Source: a virus
Taxonomy: Duplodnaviria; Heunggongvirae; Uroviricota; Caudoviricetes
IMG/VR virus record: IMGVR_UViG_3300006139_000008
Strand: one strand, 5' to 3'
DNA: 46,733 bases
Shown here one piece after another: positions 8,639 through 18,125 of the stretch. The notes below the pieces were generated by a model. The model was not told where the DNA came from, did no database searches, and was given only the letters and a program-made list of their open reading frames with translations. How positions within the stretch are numbered: position 1 is the stretch's first letter; every line of letters starts with the position of its first letter. Both the position numbers and the translations under genes were made by a program.

Positions 8639-9391
8639 ATGAACGAAATTTTGAATCAACACAAGAATACTATTACAACTCTTGAAATTGCTGAAATGAT
8701 GGAAATATCACATAAGACAATTTTAAGAAAAATTGAAGGGTCAAAGGATCGCCGTGGTTACATACAAATTTTAACTGAGCACCAAATGGTGCCGAGTGAT
8801 TATTTTATTGCTTCTATATATAAAGACTCATCTGGAAAAGAAAACAAATGCTATCTCGTTACAAAACTTGGATGTGATTTTCTCGCTAATAAGTTTACTG
8901 GAGAGAAGGGTGTTTTATTTACTGCAAAATATGTAAAACGATTTGATGAAATGGAACAGGAACTTAAAAATCCATATAAACTTCCCACTACATATAAAGA
9001 AGCATTGGTTCAATTACTCGAAAAAGTTGAAGAAAACGAAAAACTCATTGAAGAAAATAATCATAAACAGGAAGTTATAAATGGTTTTACAGATGATGTT
9101 GATATTTATAAAAAACGTGTAATTATAAATCGCATATGTAAACGAAGATCTGGAAATTACGCAAATAGATATAAGGAATTATACAAGTGTTTTAGAGAAA
9201 CTTTTCACATTGATTTAGAGGCAAGATGTGAAGGATACAATTTAAAGCAAATTAAAAAGAAAGACCAGCTTACTACTATTGCTTATGCAGAAAAATTTGG
9301 ACATATAGACGATTTATATTCTTGTTGTGTCAAATTATATGAAACAGAAGTTAATGAAATTATTGAAGAATTGAAAGCAATTCAAAATTGA
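8639..9391 (+). CDS. Rha-family phage regulatory/antirepressor protein
   Basis: ITTLEIAEMMEISHKTILRKI...CYLVTKLGCDFLANKFTGEKGVLFTAKYVKRFDEME, then LPTTYKEALVQL. Confidence 0.85.
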   Translation: MNEILNQHKNTITTLEIAEMMEISHKTILRKIEGSKDRRGYIQILTEHQMVPSDYFIASIYKDSSGKENKCYLVTKLGCDFLANKFTGEKGVLFTAKYVKRFDEMEQELKNPYKLPTTYKEALVQLLEKVEENEKLIEENNHKQEVINGFTDDVDIYKKRVIINRICKRRSGNYANRYKELYKCFRETFHIDLEARCEGYNLKQIKKKDQLTTIAYAEKFGHIDDLYSCCVKLYETEVNEIIEELKAIQN

Positions 9392-9500
9392 TAGATAAAG
9401 TATGTCACTTTTATCGGTGACGAGCCTTTTTAGAGATATGTAAGGAGTGAAATTACTTATCCATCAGTGAAGGGACTGGTTACTTATTGAACGGAAGGAA

Positions 9501-10535
9501 GTGATAAATGTGGACGGTAAAAATGCAAAACGCAGCGAAGATATAACGGATGAAATGTGGTCAGAAGTTTTGGAATTTAATAGAAATATGGTTCAAGAAT
9601 ATTTAGATAATCAGACTGAACTTGCTGCAAAATCAAAAATTGCTTACAAATCTGGATTACGAATATTTTTCTATTGGGTTAAACAAAATCTTAACAATAA
9701 AAGTTTTCTTGACATAAAAAAGAAAGAATATGTAAGATATCTGAATTGGATTACAAACAGAGGCTTATCTGATTCTGCTATCAAATTTAAAAAGTCAAGT
9801 GTTAGCTCATTTTGTAATTATGTAATGATGATGTATGAAGAGGAATATCCTACGTTCCGCAATTTCACAGTCGGATTAAAAGTAGTAAAAACGGGAAATG
9901 TATACCCAAAAGAACCGCTTACGCCAGATGAATATATTATGCTCTGTGAAGAATTAGAGAAACGTGAAGAATGGCAAAAATTAGCTTACTTGGTTTTTAC
10001 ATATTCAACTGGATGTAGACGTGCCGAATCAAGACAACTTTTAAAAGAAGTTATTGATTATCCAGCTAAAGAGAGAAAAATTAAAATTGTTGATGAAGAT
10101 GGAAATGAAAAAGAGGCAATTTCAAAATCTTATCAAACTCATATAATTCGTTGCAAAGGTGCATCCGTTGTTGGTAAGCCAAGAAAACTGAAATTTGGCG
10201 AAGATGCTATGTCATGGATGAAAAAATGGTTAGAAGTTCGTGGTGAAGATGATTGTCCCTATATGTTTGTCGTAAAATATAAAAATGGTAAAACTAGACA
10301 AGTAGGTGAAGGTACTTTTAATGGTTGGTGTGAAAAATTATTTGCAAAAATCATTGGGAGACGCTGCCATCCACATCAGTTCCGAGAATCGCGCGCAACT
10401 AACTTAGTAGTTTACGAACATAAATCTGCTGAGGTTGCACAAAAATTGTTAGGTCATAATGATGTAAGTACCACCAAGAATCATTATATTATTCGCAATG
10501 ATGAAATTGACGAATCTGATGAAGCATTTGTCTAA
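9501..10535 (+). CDS. Tyrosine recombinase/integrase-family protein
   Basis: TGCRRAE (Arg), HPHQFRES (H-x-x-R), LLGH...TTKNHY (His, catalytic Tyr); N-terminal core-binding domain. Confidence 0.92.
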   Translation: MINVDGKNAKRSEDITDEMWSEVLEFNRNMVQEYLDNQTELAAKSKIAYKSGLRIFFYWVKQNLNNKSFLDIKKKEYVRYLNWITNRGLSDSAIKFKKSSVSSFCNYVMMMYEEEYPTFRNFTVGLKVVKTGNVYPKEPLTPDEYIMLCEELEKREEWQKLAYLVFTYSTGCRRAESRQLLKEVIDYPAKERKIKIVDEDGNEKEAISKSYQTHIIRCKGASVVGKPRKLKFGEDAMSWMKKWLEVRGEDDCPYMFVVKYKNGKTRQVGEGTFNGWCEKLFAKIIGRRCHPHQFRESRATNLVVYEHKSAEVAQKLLGHNDVSTTKNHYIIRNDEIDESDEAFV

Positions 10536-10565
10536 TCAATAAATCTCCAATTTCATTGTAAATAA

Positions 10566-10600
10566 AAAGAGAGGGATCACACGGAATCCCTCTTTATAAA
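10566..10600. terminator. Probable bidirectional terminator between convergent genes
   Basis: AGAGGGAT-CACACGGA-ATCCCTCT with A/T-rich flanks. Confidence 0.6.
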
Positions 10601-10867
10601 TTTTGCTATACGTAAAATTTTATTTAATTTAGACTTTTTATTGGTTTTTACTCCTGATTTTTCTATATTGTTTTTATATTCTTTTAAGTTTTCATTATAA
10701 GTTTTAGCCTTGTCCAATGTCAATTCATTATACTTATCTATCGACTTGAATTTGCGTTTATCATGACACATGTACGCTATAAATATAAGCACAAATGCTG
10801 TCAGTACCACAAATGCTATTATAGCTATTGCAAGTAATGTATTTACATTAATATTTATTCCAAACAT
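10577..10867 (-). CDS. Single-TM membrane protein with basic C-terminal tail (moron-like)
   Basis: Hydrophobic stretch LLAIAIIAFVVLTAFVLIFIAY; GAGGTG SD upstream; antisense to the phage operon. Confidence 0.7.
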   Translation of the reverse strand: MFGININVNTLLAIAIIAFVVLTAFVLIFIAYMCHDKRKFKSIDKYNELTLDKAKTYNENLKEYKNNIEKSGVKTNKKSKLNKILRIAKFIKRDSV

Positions 10868-11392
10868 AAAAACACCTCACATTCAATTCTGTTAATTCAT
10901 TTGAAAGTGAGGATTTTAAATGAGTACATTTTCACTAACAAAAGAATTAACAAAAACAATTATATAAGTCAAAAAACATCCTTAAAATTTGAAGTAAAAA
11001 TAATAAGCTAAAATCAAATTAAAAAAATTGACAAATATAAGTTTTGAAAATTCTTGCTAGTGAAAATTCACCTCTTTAATTATAAAAGCAAGAAATAAAT
11101 ATTATTAAATATTATAACAAAACACTTATATGTATTAATTTTGAATTATTAAATATATCAATTGTATATTTAAAAACAAACATTATCTATATAAAACACA
11201 TTATAAACAAATATTACCAGCTTGTCAATATTATATTATATATTTTATACAATTTATCGACAGGTAGTAAATAGTAATGACCGAAACTATAAGAGGTTGA
11301 GAAGTCCGTGTCCATCTGCGTTAATGATGATATCTAGTAGAGTTTTTACTATTCTATATTTTTTTTATAAAGCAATTAAGGTGGTGAATATT

Positions 11393-11665
11393 ATGCAGCA
11401 GCTTAATTTAGATTATTTTCAGCTTCAGCTAGGAGAAGTACGTACCATATCTAAGGATTCTGGACAGACTGTTGAATCTGTAGAACTGCTTCTTGGTGAT
11501 CAAACAAAAGCAGAAATGAGAATAAATGAAGATTCAAATATAATGAATTTAGTAGTTCGTGATACAGTATTATCAGATATTCCGCAATTACAATGTGCCG
11601 TAAATAAGGAAACTTTACGGGATTTTATTGTAGGACTCACAAATTTATATAATATGTTAAGTTAG
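11393..11665 (+). CDS. Hypothetical protein (90 aa from ATG 11393)
   Basis: AAGGTGGTGA SD before ATG 11393; the track start at 11222 lies in AT-rich intergenic DNA. Confidence 0.65.
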   Translation: MQQLNLDYFQLQLGEVRTISKDSGQTVESVELLLGDQTKAEMRINEDSNIMNLVVRDTVLSDIPQLQCAVNKETLRDFIVGLTNLYNMLS

Positions 11666-11675
11666 GAGGAGAAGA

Positions 11676-12125
11676 ATGCAGCTAACAACAGATATTGACA
11701 TTGATGGTGGTGTTGTTATTGCAAGTGTAAAATGCACCGACATTAGTGATGAAACAAAAGAAGCACTACACGATTATACTAAGTTGCTAAGATATGGAGA
11801 TATTGATTTCTGTGCAAAAATTAAAGTAACTAATAGTATGCCAGAGATTGTAGACGATGATGATCCGGATGGTGAAGAAGTCAGAATCGGACTTATTGAC
11901 AAGTCTTTTGTCGTAGATGAAAATCTGAATCTTGAGTTGAAACTAGACAGCAATAAAATGTCTAGTAAGGAACTAACGTCTTCTATTGCTAATGTAGAAA
12001 TTCTGAGCAAGGCAAAAGCTATTATTTGGATTGATAAAGTTAAGGGCGAAATCCAGAAACTTGTAGATGCAGCCAGAGAACAGAACGCAGCTAATATTGA
12101 AGGTACTGTTGAAGAAATTATTTGA
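11676..12125 (+). CDS. Hypothetical acidic protein (149 aa)
   Basis: AGGAG SD; operonic spacing. Confidence 0.7.
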   Translation: MQLTTDIDIDGGVVIASVKCTDISDETKEALHDYTKLLRYGDIDFCAKIKVTNSMPEIVDDDDPDGEEVRIGLIDKSFVVDENLNLELKLDSNKMSSKELTSSIANVEILSKAKAIIWIDKVKGEIQKLVDAAREQNAANIEGTVEEII

Positions 12126-12142
12126 GAAAGGAAATATCAGTG

Positions 12143-12445
12143 ATGTTTAGAATCTTAATTCAAGACGAAAAAGACAAACAAAAGTGGAATTATTTAAAAA
12201 TCAAGAAAGAAGACACAAAAACTGAAACAGAAGAAGTTGAAGATCCTGATACACATGAAATGAAAACCATAACAACAGAGGTTGGGCTTGGTACATATTC
12301 AAGTGTAATTTATGAAGAATCTGATCCTGTTGAATATGAAAAGAAATGTGTAGAACTTTTAAAGACATACAATCTTTCACAGTTAAATTTTGTTGATGTG
12401 AAAGAATACGGCGTTGATTTCTTATGGGATTTAGACAATGAATAA
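12143..12445 (+). CDS. Hypothetical acidic protein
   Basis: AAAGGA SD before ATG 12143; followed by hairpin GGGAGAATAG...CTACTCTCCC. Confidence 0.7.
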   Translation: MFRILIQDEKDKQKWNYLKIKKEDTKTETEEVEDPDTHEMKTITTEVGLGTYSSVIYEESDPVEYEKKCVELLKTYNLSQLNFVDVKEYGVDFLWDLDNE

Positions 12446-12749
12446 TGCTAACTGGGAGAATAGTAACGTGCTACTCTCCCACTAATATCTTTGAAAAGTA
12501 AACCTACTCGGTATATGACTCCGCTATTAACGGATGTGTTCTGAAAGGAATGAAGTTCGATTGTTCTGCTTTGCATTTATGGAATGGACATAACAGAACG
12601 TATGCTGATGAAAAAGGGATGGTCAAATGTGTTTTGCAATATTTCTCATGGATATTAGTTGTTGTTAAAATATCAAAATAAAATATTGTATCATGATGTA
12701 TGGTCTTAAACAGATTTATGTAGCATGATAAATTAAACATTTCATTGGG

Positions 12750-13739
12750 TTAAATGTTGGTTATTATATTGTCCTGAAATTTCAATTCACCTATTTCAAT
12801 TTCTCCAATAAAGTTCTTTACAAAATTAGGTCTTATGACAAAGCATATTTCTGAGATATCCTTTAAATATTTCTGAGGCATACTATCATATGTTATTGGA
12901 ATAACAATTTCTTCATAATCCTTACCTATAGTGAATGTTTGTTCGTAAAATTTAAACAAATTATCACCACACTTAAATTCAATTGTTATCTTTTGAATAG
13001 ATTCGTTTTCACTTCTGCATTTGCAATAAAATATACTATTAGGGGTTATAGTACTCCAATCCTTATGTGGTACAAACTGATAAACACAACTAATAAAATT
13101 ACTTGGAATAGGGTAAAAATCATTTGCTTTAAAATTACAATACATTTTATGAAAACTGTTATCTGATTCTAGTCTTACCGCATCTGGATCACCATTTTGC
13201 GCCACACAAATAATATTTGCATCTCTAAAATTAAATCCATAATTTTCACTTACATATATTTTAACATTTTCTGTAAACTGTTTTATTTTATCAAACAATT
13301 CATGCTCTTGCATAAAATTTAATCTTGGAATTATTTGCTTTTCTACTAACTTATATTCATAGAGTTTTTTGAATAAATCTTCTGCATCAATTAATATGAT
13401 ACTTTGTATTATCTTTAATGGAGTATCATTTAAAACGCCATAATCTAACGGTGGTACAATAATTGGGAAAATATTATCTTTAAATGCCCAGGCAGCACCC
13501 ATTTCCATAATACAAAATTTACTGTTAATATAATTTTGTGTAATTAGAAAAATTACAATTTCTGAATCGTGAAGATTATCTTTGATACTCTTAATAAAAT
13601 CCTCACCAACTCTTAACGCATTATCCATAGATGTACAAAATATCTCATCATAATCAATATGAAATCCTTGTGTAAGCAAATCAACAAACATCAGCACTAA
13701 ATCTCTATCTTTTGAAGAATGACTTATAAAAATTTTCAT
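12750..13739 (-). CDS. TIR-domain protein with C-terminal beta-rich, carbohydrate-binding-like domain (start ATG 13739)
   Basis: MKIFISHSSKD...IVIFLITQNYINSKFCIMEMGAAW is a TIR fold with the conserved Glu; GAAAGGA SD; TG-TTATAAT promoter-like sequence upstream. Confidence 0.8.
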   Translation of the reverse strand: MKIFISHSSKDRDLVLMFVDLLTQGFHIDYDEIFCTSMDNALRVGEDFIKSIKDNLHDSEIVIFLITQNYINSKFCIMEMGAAWAFKDNIFPIIVPPLDYGVLNDTPLKIIQSIILIDAEDLFKKLYEYKLVEKQIIPRLNFMQEHELFDKIKQFTENVKIYVSENYGFNFRDANIICVAQNGDPDAVRLESDNSFHKMYCNFKANDFYPIPSNFISCVYQFVPHKDWSTITPNSIFYCKCRSENESIQKITIEFKCGDNLFKFYEQTFTIGKDYEEIVIPITYDSMPQKYLKDISEICFVIRPNFVKNFIGEIEIGELKFQDNIITNI

Positions 13740-13908
13740 CAGTTTATTCCTTTCATAATTAATATTTAAATTATAACACACAATGGATATATTTTCCATT
13801 ACAAAGTCGTCATTTATGTCGACTCTTTTTGTATTTTCGCCATTTCATACAGGGTAATTACTACCCTCTCCTGCCTTGAATGAATTGTTTCATTGGCAAA
13901 ATTATAAA

Positions 13909-14505
13909 CTAACTATGTCCATCGGAATTACGTTTACCATGAAGAAAGACTAAATATAATATTGTCAATATAAAACATGAAATAAATAGAATCGAATTCA
14001 ACAGTAAGAGGAAATTAAACTTTAATGTTATATACTCAATTACAATTTTGTAACATATAATCAAACAATAAATAATAGGAAATACCCATTTATATAATAT
14101 ATCGACAAAATCACTCATTTTAGGATAATTTGATAAATAATTTCCGCTTTCTCTATCAAATGTTATGTGTTCAATGTTTGATATATCTGATTCTATTGAA
14201 TGAATGCAATTATATTGTTTTTCTATATGTATAGTTGCTTGATAATATCTCATTGTCAAATACAATAGTATTAGCCATAAGAAACTTTGTATTATAGACA
14301 TTTGATTTGATATATCAATCTCATATTGTTTTTGAACAATACCTATAATTAAATATGAAATACTATCTGGTGATAATGCAAATAAAAATTGTAAAGTCAT
14401 CACAAGAAAAACCATTACAAAGAAACGATTTCTTTGAATAATGGTTTCTTTTATTATAGAAAATGTCTCTTTGTAATGGTCATATAGCAACTCTGTTTTA
14501 TCCAT
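13909..14505 (-). CDS. Multi-pass (~4 TM) membrane protein, putative defence effector
   Basis: Four hydrophobic segments; starts 5 nt after the stop of the upstream TIR gene. Confidence 0.7.
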   Translation of the reverse strand: MDKTELLYDHYKETFSIIKETIIQRNRFFVMVFLVMTLQFLFALSPDSISYLIIGIVQKQYEIDISNQMSIIQSFLWLILLYLTMRYYQATIHIEKQYNCIHSIESDISNIEHITFDRESGNYLSNYPKMSDFVDILYKWVFPIIYCLIICYKIVIEYITLKFNFLLLLNSILFISCFILTILYLVFLHGKRNSDGHS

Positions 14506-14510
14506 AATAT

Positions 14511-14936
14511 TTATGCTTCATTCAATGCCTTAATAATTGCATCCTGCGTAAAACTCATTGCCCATTTAGCTCCTGCCCCCATTAACTCATCTGGAGACTC
14601 ATATGACTTATCTATTTTTACAGCAACAAGTTTATTTTTGTGTTCTTTACTTTTTGCGATTTCAAAGTTAATCCAATTTTTATATCCTATAGCAACATGA
14701 TCTTTGTGCTGTGTATTCGCTTCTTTCCCAACGATCACAAGCGTATATGTAGTAGTATTGATGCGTCTTGTTAAACCAGCTTTAATGGTTGGAATATTAT
14801 TACTTTGAATTTCGTCCGAAGAACAATCATTAAAAACGAAATCCATATTCTTATTTGCGTCCCATGCATCTAAAAGAAATTTATAGTGCTTATCGTTAGT
14901 ATAATCGAATGATACAAATACTTTTTTCTTAGCCAT
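14511..14936 (-). CDS. thsB: ThsB-like TIR protein (DUF1863/MTH538-like)
   Basis: KKVFVSFDY...D...LVIVG...WINFEI...LVAV pattern typical of Thoeris ThsB TIR domains, with the conserved Glu. Confidence 0.75.
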   Translation of the reverse strand: MAKKKVFVSFDYTNDKHYKFLLDAWDANKNMDFVFNDCSSDEIQSNNIPTIKAGLTRRINTTTYTLVIVGKEANTQHKDHVAIGYKNWINFEIAKSKEHKNKLVAVKIDKSYESPDELMGAGAKWAMSFTQDAIIKALNEA

Positions 14937-15046
14937 GTATATATAGCCCCTTTCTTTTCAAATTATATTTTTAATCTTACTACCATATTTAGTATAAGTC
15001 AATAATAATTTGGCATAATATGGTATATATTTGGAGGTATTGTTAC

Positions 15047-15175
15047 ATGAAATGTAAACACGAATGGGCTGAATTAAATCGTTATTATTATTTAGATTAT
15101 AATGGTTATAGAGTTCTAAAAATAACATATCATTGCAAAAAATGTAACAAGAAAGAAATTAAAAAGTATTTTTAA
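15047..15175 (+). CDS. Small putative Zn-finger protein (42 aa)
   Basis: Not in track. GGAGGT SD; MKCKHEW...YHCKKCNKKEIKKYF (CxH...CxxC). Confidence 0.65.
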   Translation: MKCKHEWAELNRYYYLDYNGYRVLKITYHCKKCNKKEIKKYF

Positions 15176-15184
15176 AATATTTCA

Positions 15185-15257
15185 CTGGATATAGGACAAT
15201 TGGTAGTCTGCTGGTTTTGGGAACCAGAAGTTGTAGATTCGAGTCCTGCTATTCAGA
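15185..15257 (+). tRNA. tRNA-Pro (anticodon TGG)
   Basis: CTGGATA/TATTCAG acceptor, CTGGT-TTTGGGA-ACCAG anticodon arm, TTCGAGT T-loop. Confidence 0.85.
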
Positions 15258-15261
15258 TTTC

Positions 15262-15287
15262 AGACAGTCATCACGGCTGTCTTTTTT
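15262..15287 (+). terminator. Terminator-like hairpin after tRNA-Pro
   Basis: AGACAGTC-ATCACG-GCTGTCT followed by TTTTT. Confidence 0.6.
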
Positions 15288-15317
15288 AATTGAACAAATA
15301 ATTTTGAAAATGAAAGG

Positions 15318-16361
15318 ATGGTGCTTATGGCACAAGCAAAATCAAACAGGCGTGTGACTACTACTGCACCGTCTAAAAACACAGAGATTCAGAAAATAAA
15401 ATATTCCAAAGAGGATGAACCAACTTTTTATAAGTGTCCTACTTGCGGAACACCATATAAAAAATTAGATGATAACTTTCCTGCATCTCAAAGCGAGATG
15501 TATGCTGGATGGGATTATCACCTTCCTATATGTAAACGCTGCTTAGATGCAATGTTCTCCCATTATACAGAAGTGTACGGAAATGATGAGGACGCTGCTA
15601 TAAGAAGGATTTGCGAAAAGTTTGATATTTATTATAGTGTTAGTCTTTTGAACGCAAGTAGAAAGATTACAAAGAATCGCTCCAGAATACATACATATGT
15701 ATCTCGTGCAAATTTGAGTCAATATAAAGGCAAAACCTTTGATACAACTCTTGATGAAGAACGCAAGGAAGGTGTTATAGAAACACTTGATGATGTAAAA
15801 GAATCTAAAAAAGCGAAATTAAAGACAGTTAAGTTTTTTGGCACGGGATTTGAAGATGACGATTATGTATTTCTTGAGGATGAGTATTTAGATTGGACAA
15901 CTCGCCACGAATGTAATACAAAGGCACAAGAGGAAGTATTTAAGCAAATATGTTATGCCCAGTTAGATATTCTAAAGGCAAAACGTGCTAGACAGCCTAC
16001 GAAAGACTTGACCAAAACATTACAAGATTTATTGGCAACAGCTAATCTTCAGCCAAAGCAGACTAAGGATAATACTTTAGCAGAACAAAATACGTTTGGG
16101 ACTTTGATTAGAAAGTGGGAAAATGAGCGTCCTATCCCAGAACCAGATGAAGAATGGAAAGATGTAGATGGTATAGCAAAGTATATAACCATATACTTCT
16201 TAGGACATTTGTGTAAAATGATGGGAATCAAAAATTCATATTCTCGTATGTATGAAGCTGAAATGGCAAAATATAAAGTTGAAAAGCCAGAATATGAAGA
16301 TGATGACGAGGCACTTTTTGATGCTGTGTTTGGTGGTGAATTAGATGAACCAGACCAGTAA
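15318..16361 (+). CDS. YonG-like protein upstream of large terminase (possible small subunit)
   Basis: CxxC...CxxC Zn motif (CPTC, CKRC); overlaps the terminase start; SPbeta-like synteny. Confidence 0.6.
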   Translation: MVLMAQAKSNRRVTTTAPSKNTEIQKIKYSKEDEPTFYKCPTCGTPYKKLDDNFPASQSEMYAGWDYHLPICKRCLDAMFSHYTEVYGNDEDAAIRRICEKFDIYYSVSLLNASRKITKNRSRIHTYVSRANLSQYKGKTFDTTLDEERKEGVIETLDDVKESKKAKLKTVKFFGTGFEDDDYVFLEDEYLDWTTRHECNTKAQEEVFKQICYAQLDILKAKRARQPTKDLTKTLQDLLATANLQPKQTKDNTLAEQNTFGTLIRKWENERPIPEPDEEWKDVDGIAKYITIYFLGHLCKMMGIKNSYSRMYEAEMAKYKVEKPEYEDDDEALFDAVFGGELDEPDQ

Positions 16362-18108
16362 AAAGACAGATAAAGAAGTTGCAAATGATAAGTCTGCTAA
16401 AATTATGAATGGTGTTGCTACATGGTGTAGCTTTTATAGAGCCAATCCACATAGATTTGCAAGAGATTATCTTGGGATTACATTAAAATTATTTCAAATA
16501 ATTCTCTTATATATGATGAATGTCAGTAACTACTTCATGTATCTTGCCGCTCGTGGTCAAGGTAAAACGTGGTTGACCGCTCTATTCTGTACTATTCGTT
16601 GCATTTTATACCCTGGGACTAAAATATGTGTAGCATCAAAAAATAGAAATCAGGCAAACGAAGTCCTAGAGAAGATAACTACTGACTTTATGGATAAATC
16701 TGATAATTTGAAATTAGAAATTGAAGATTATTCTGTTGGTCAAAATAAAGCATATATACTTTTTAAGAATGGTTCTTGGATAAAAGTTGTAACTGCATCG
16801 GATTCAGGAAGATCGGCTCGTGCAAATATCTTGATTACTGATGAGTTTAGAATGGTAGACTTAAACGTAATCAATACTGTTCTTAGAAAATTCTTAACAG
16901 CTCCCAGAACTCCAAAATATTTAAGTAAAAAAGAGTATAAGCACTTAGTAGAAAGAAATAAAGAGATATATATGTCGAGTTGCTGGTTCAAGAGCCACTG
17001 GTCTTTTGAAAAGGCAAAAGCTTATTGTGCAAATCTTGTTAATGATACTAAGAAATATTTTATATGTGGACTCCCATATCAAATTTCAATCAAAGAAAGT
17101 TTGTTATCAAGAGAACAAGTTGAAGATGAAATGTCAGAAGCAGATTTTTCCGAAATGGCTTGGGATATGGAAATGGGCTGCCTCTGGTATGGTGATAAAG
17201 ATGGAAGTTTGTTTTCATATGAAGACACTTCTAAAAATCGTGTTTTGAAGAAATGCGTATATCCTGAACATATATCAAGGTTAATTCCAGCAAAAGACAT
17301 AAAAATACCAGAACTCAAATCAAATGAACAAAGAATCATATCTACGGACGTTGCCTTACTTGCTTCTAAAAAGCAAAATAACGATGCCGCTTCTATTTTT
17401 ATCAATAGTGCAATTCCAACAAACAATCAAAAGTATATTGGGAATATGATTTATACAGAAAACCATGAAGGATTAAATACCGATGAATTGGCTCTAATTA
17501 TTCGTAGATATTTTGATATGTATAAATGTACTTATATCGCTCTTGATGTTAAGGGTATTGGTCTTGGTGTTTATGATTGTTTAATCAAAGATATGTATGA
17601 CCCGATTATGGGTAAAACATATGGGGCTTTAAGTTGCTGTAATGACAAAGTATATGCAGATAGATGTAAGGTTCAAAATGCTCCAAAAGTAATCTGGGCA
17701 ATACAAGCTACTGCTCAATTTAACAATGATATGTATCTGAGTTTAAGAGAAGGTTTTCGCCAGCATAAAATTAATTTGCTCATAAATGAATTTGAAGCAG
17801 AGGAAATTTTAAAAGATACTCGTGGATATAATTCTTTACAAGCAAGTGATAAAACATTATTGCAGTTACCATATATTCACACTACCCTACTTATCAACGA
17901 ATTAATCAATCTTGAATACGAGGCAAAGGGGGTAAATATTAAAGTCTATGAAAAATCTGGTATGAGAAAAGACCGTGTATCAAGTGTTGGTTACAATTAT
18001 TGGGTTCAGTGTCAATTAGAAACACGTTTGAAAAAACCTAATAACTCTCCAACCAACGTCTCCTCCCTCACTGCTCTCGCACGAAAACCAAAATTATATT
18101 CACATTAG
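16345..18108 (+). CDS. terL: Terminase large subunit (YonF-like)
   Basis: Walker A AARGQGKT, Walker B ILITDE; C-terminal RNase H-like nuclease (STDVA...KDRVSS). Confidence 0.92.
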   Translation: MNQTSKKTDKEVANDKSAKIMNGVATWCSFYRANPHRFARDYLGITLKLFQIILLYMMNVSNYFMYLAARGQGKTWLTALFCTIRCILYPGTKICVASKNRNQANEVLEKITTDFMDKSDNLKLEIEDYSVGQNKAYILFKNGSWIKVVTASDSGRSARANILITDEFRMVDLNVINTVLRKFLTAPRTPKYLSKKEYKHLVERNKEIYMSSCWFKSHWSFEKAKAYCANLVNDTKKYFICGLPYQISIKESLLSREQVEDEMSEADFSEMAWDMEMGCLWYGDKDGSLFSYEDTSKNRVLKKCVYPEHISRLIPAKDIKIPELKSNEQRIISTDVALLASKKQNNDAASIFINSAIPTNNQKYIGNMIYTENHEGLNTDELALIIRRYFDMYKCTYIALDVKGIGLGVYDCLIKDMYDPIMGKTYGALSCCNDKVYADRCKVQNAPKVIWAIQATAQFNNDMYLSLREGFRQHKINLLINEFEAEEILKDTRGYNSLQASDKTLLQLPYIHTTLLINELINLEYEAKGVNIKVYEKSGMRKDRVSSVGYNYWVQCQLETRLKKPNNSPTNVSSLTALARKPKLYSH

Positions 18109-18125
18109 AAAGGCGGTGATCAAAC

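Noticed and set aside
12500-12745. Short frames between the 12143 gene and the TIR gene
   Set aside because: No convincing SD or motif on either strand; at most a decayed remnant.
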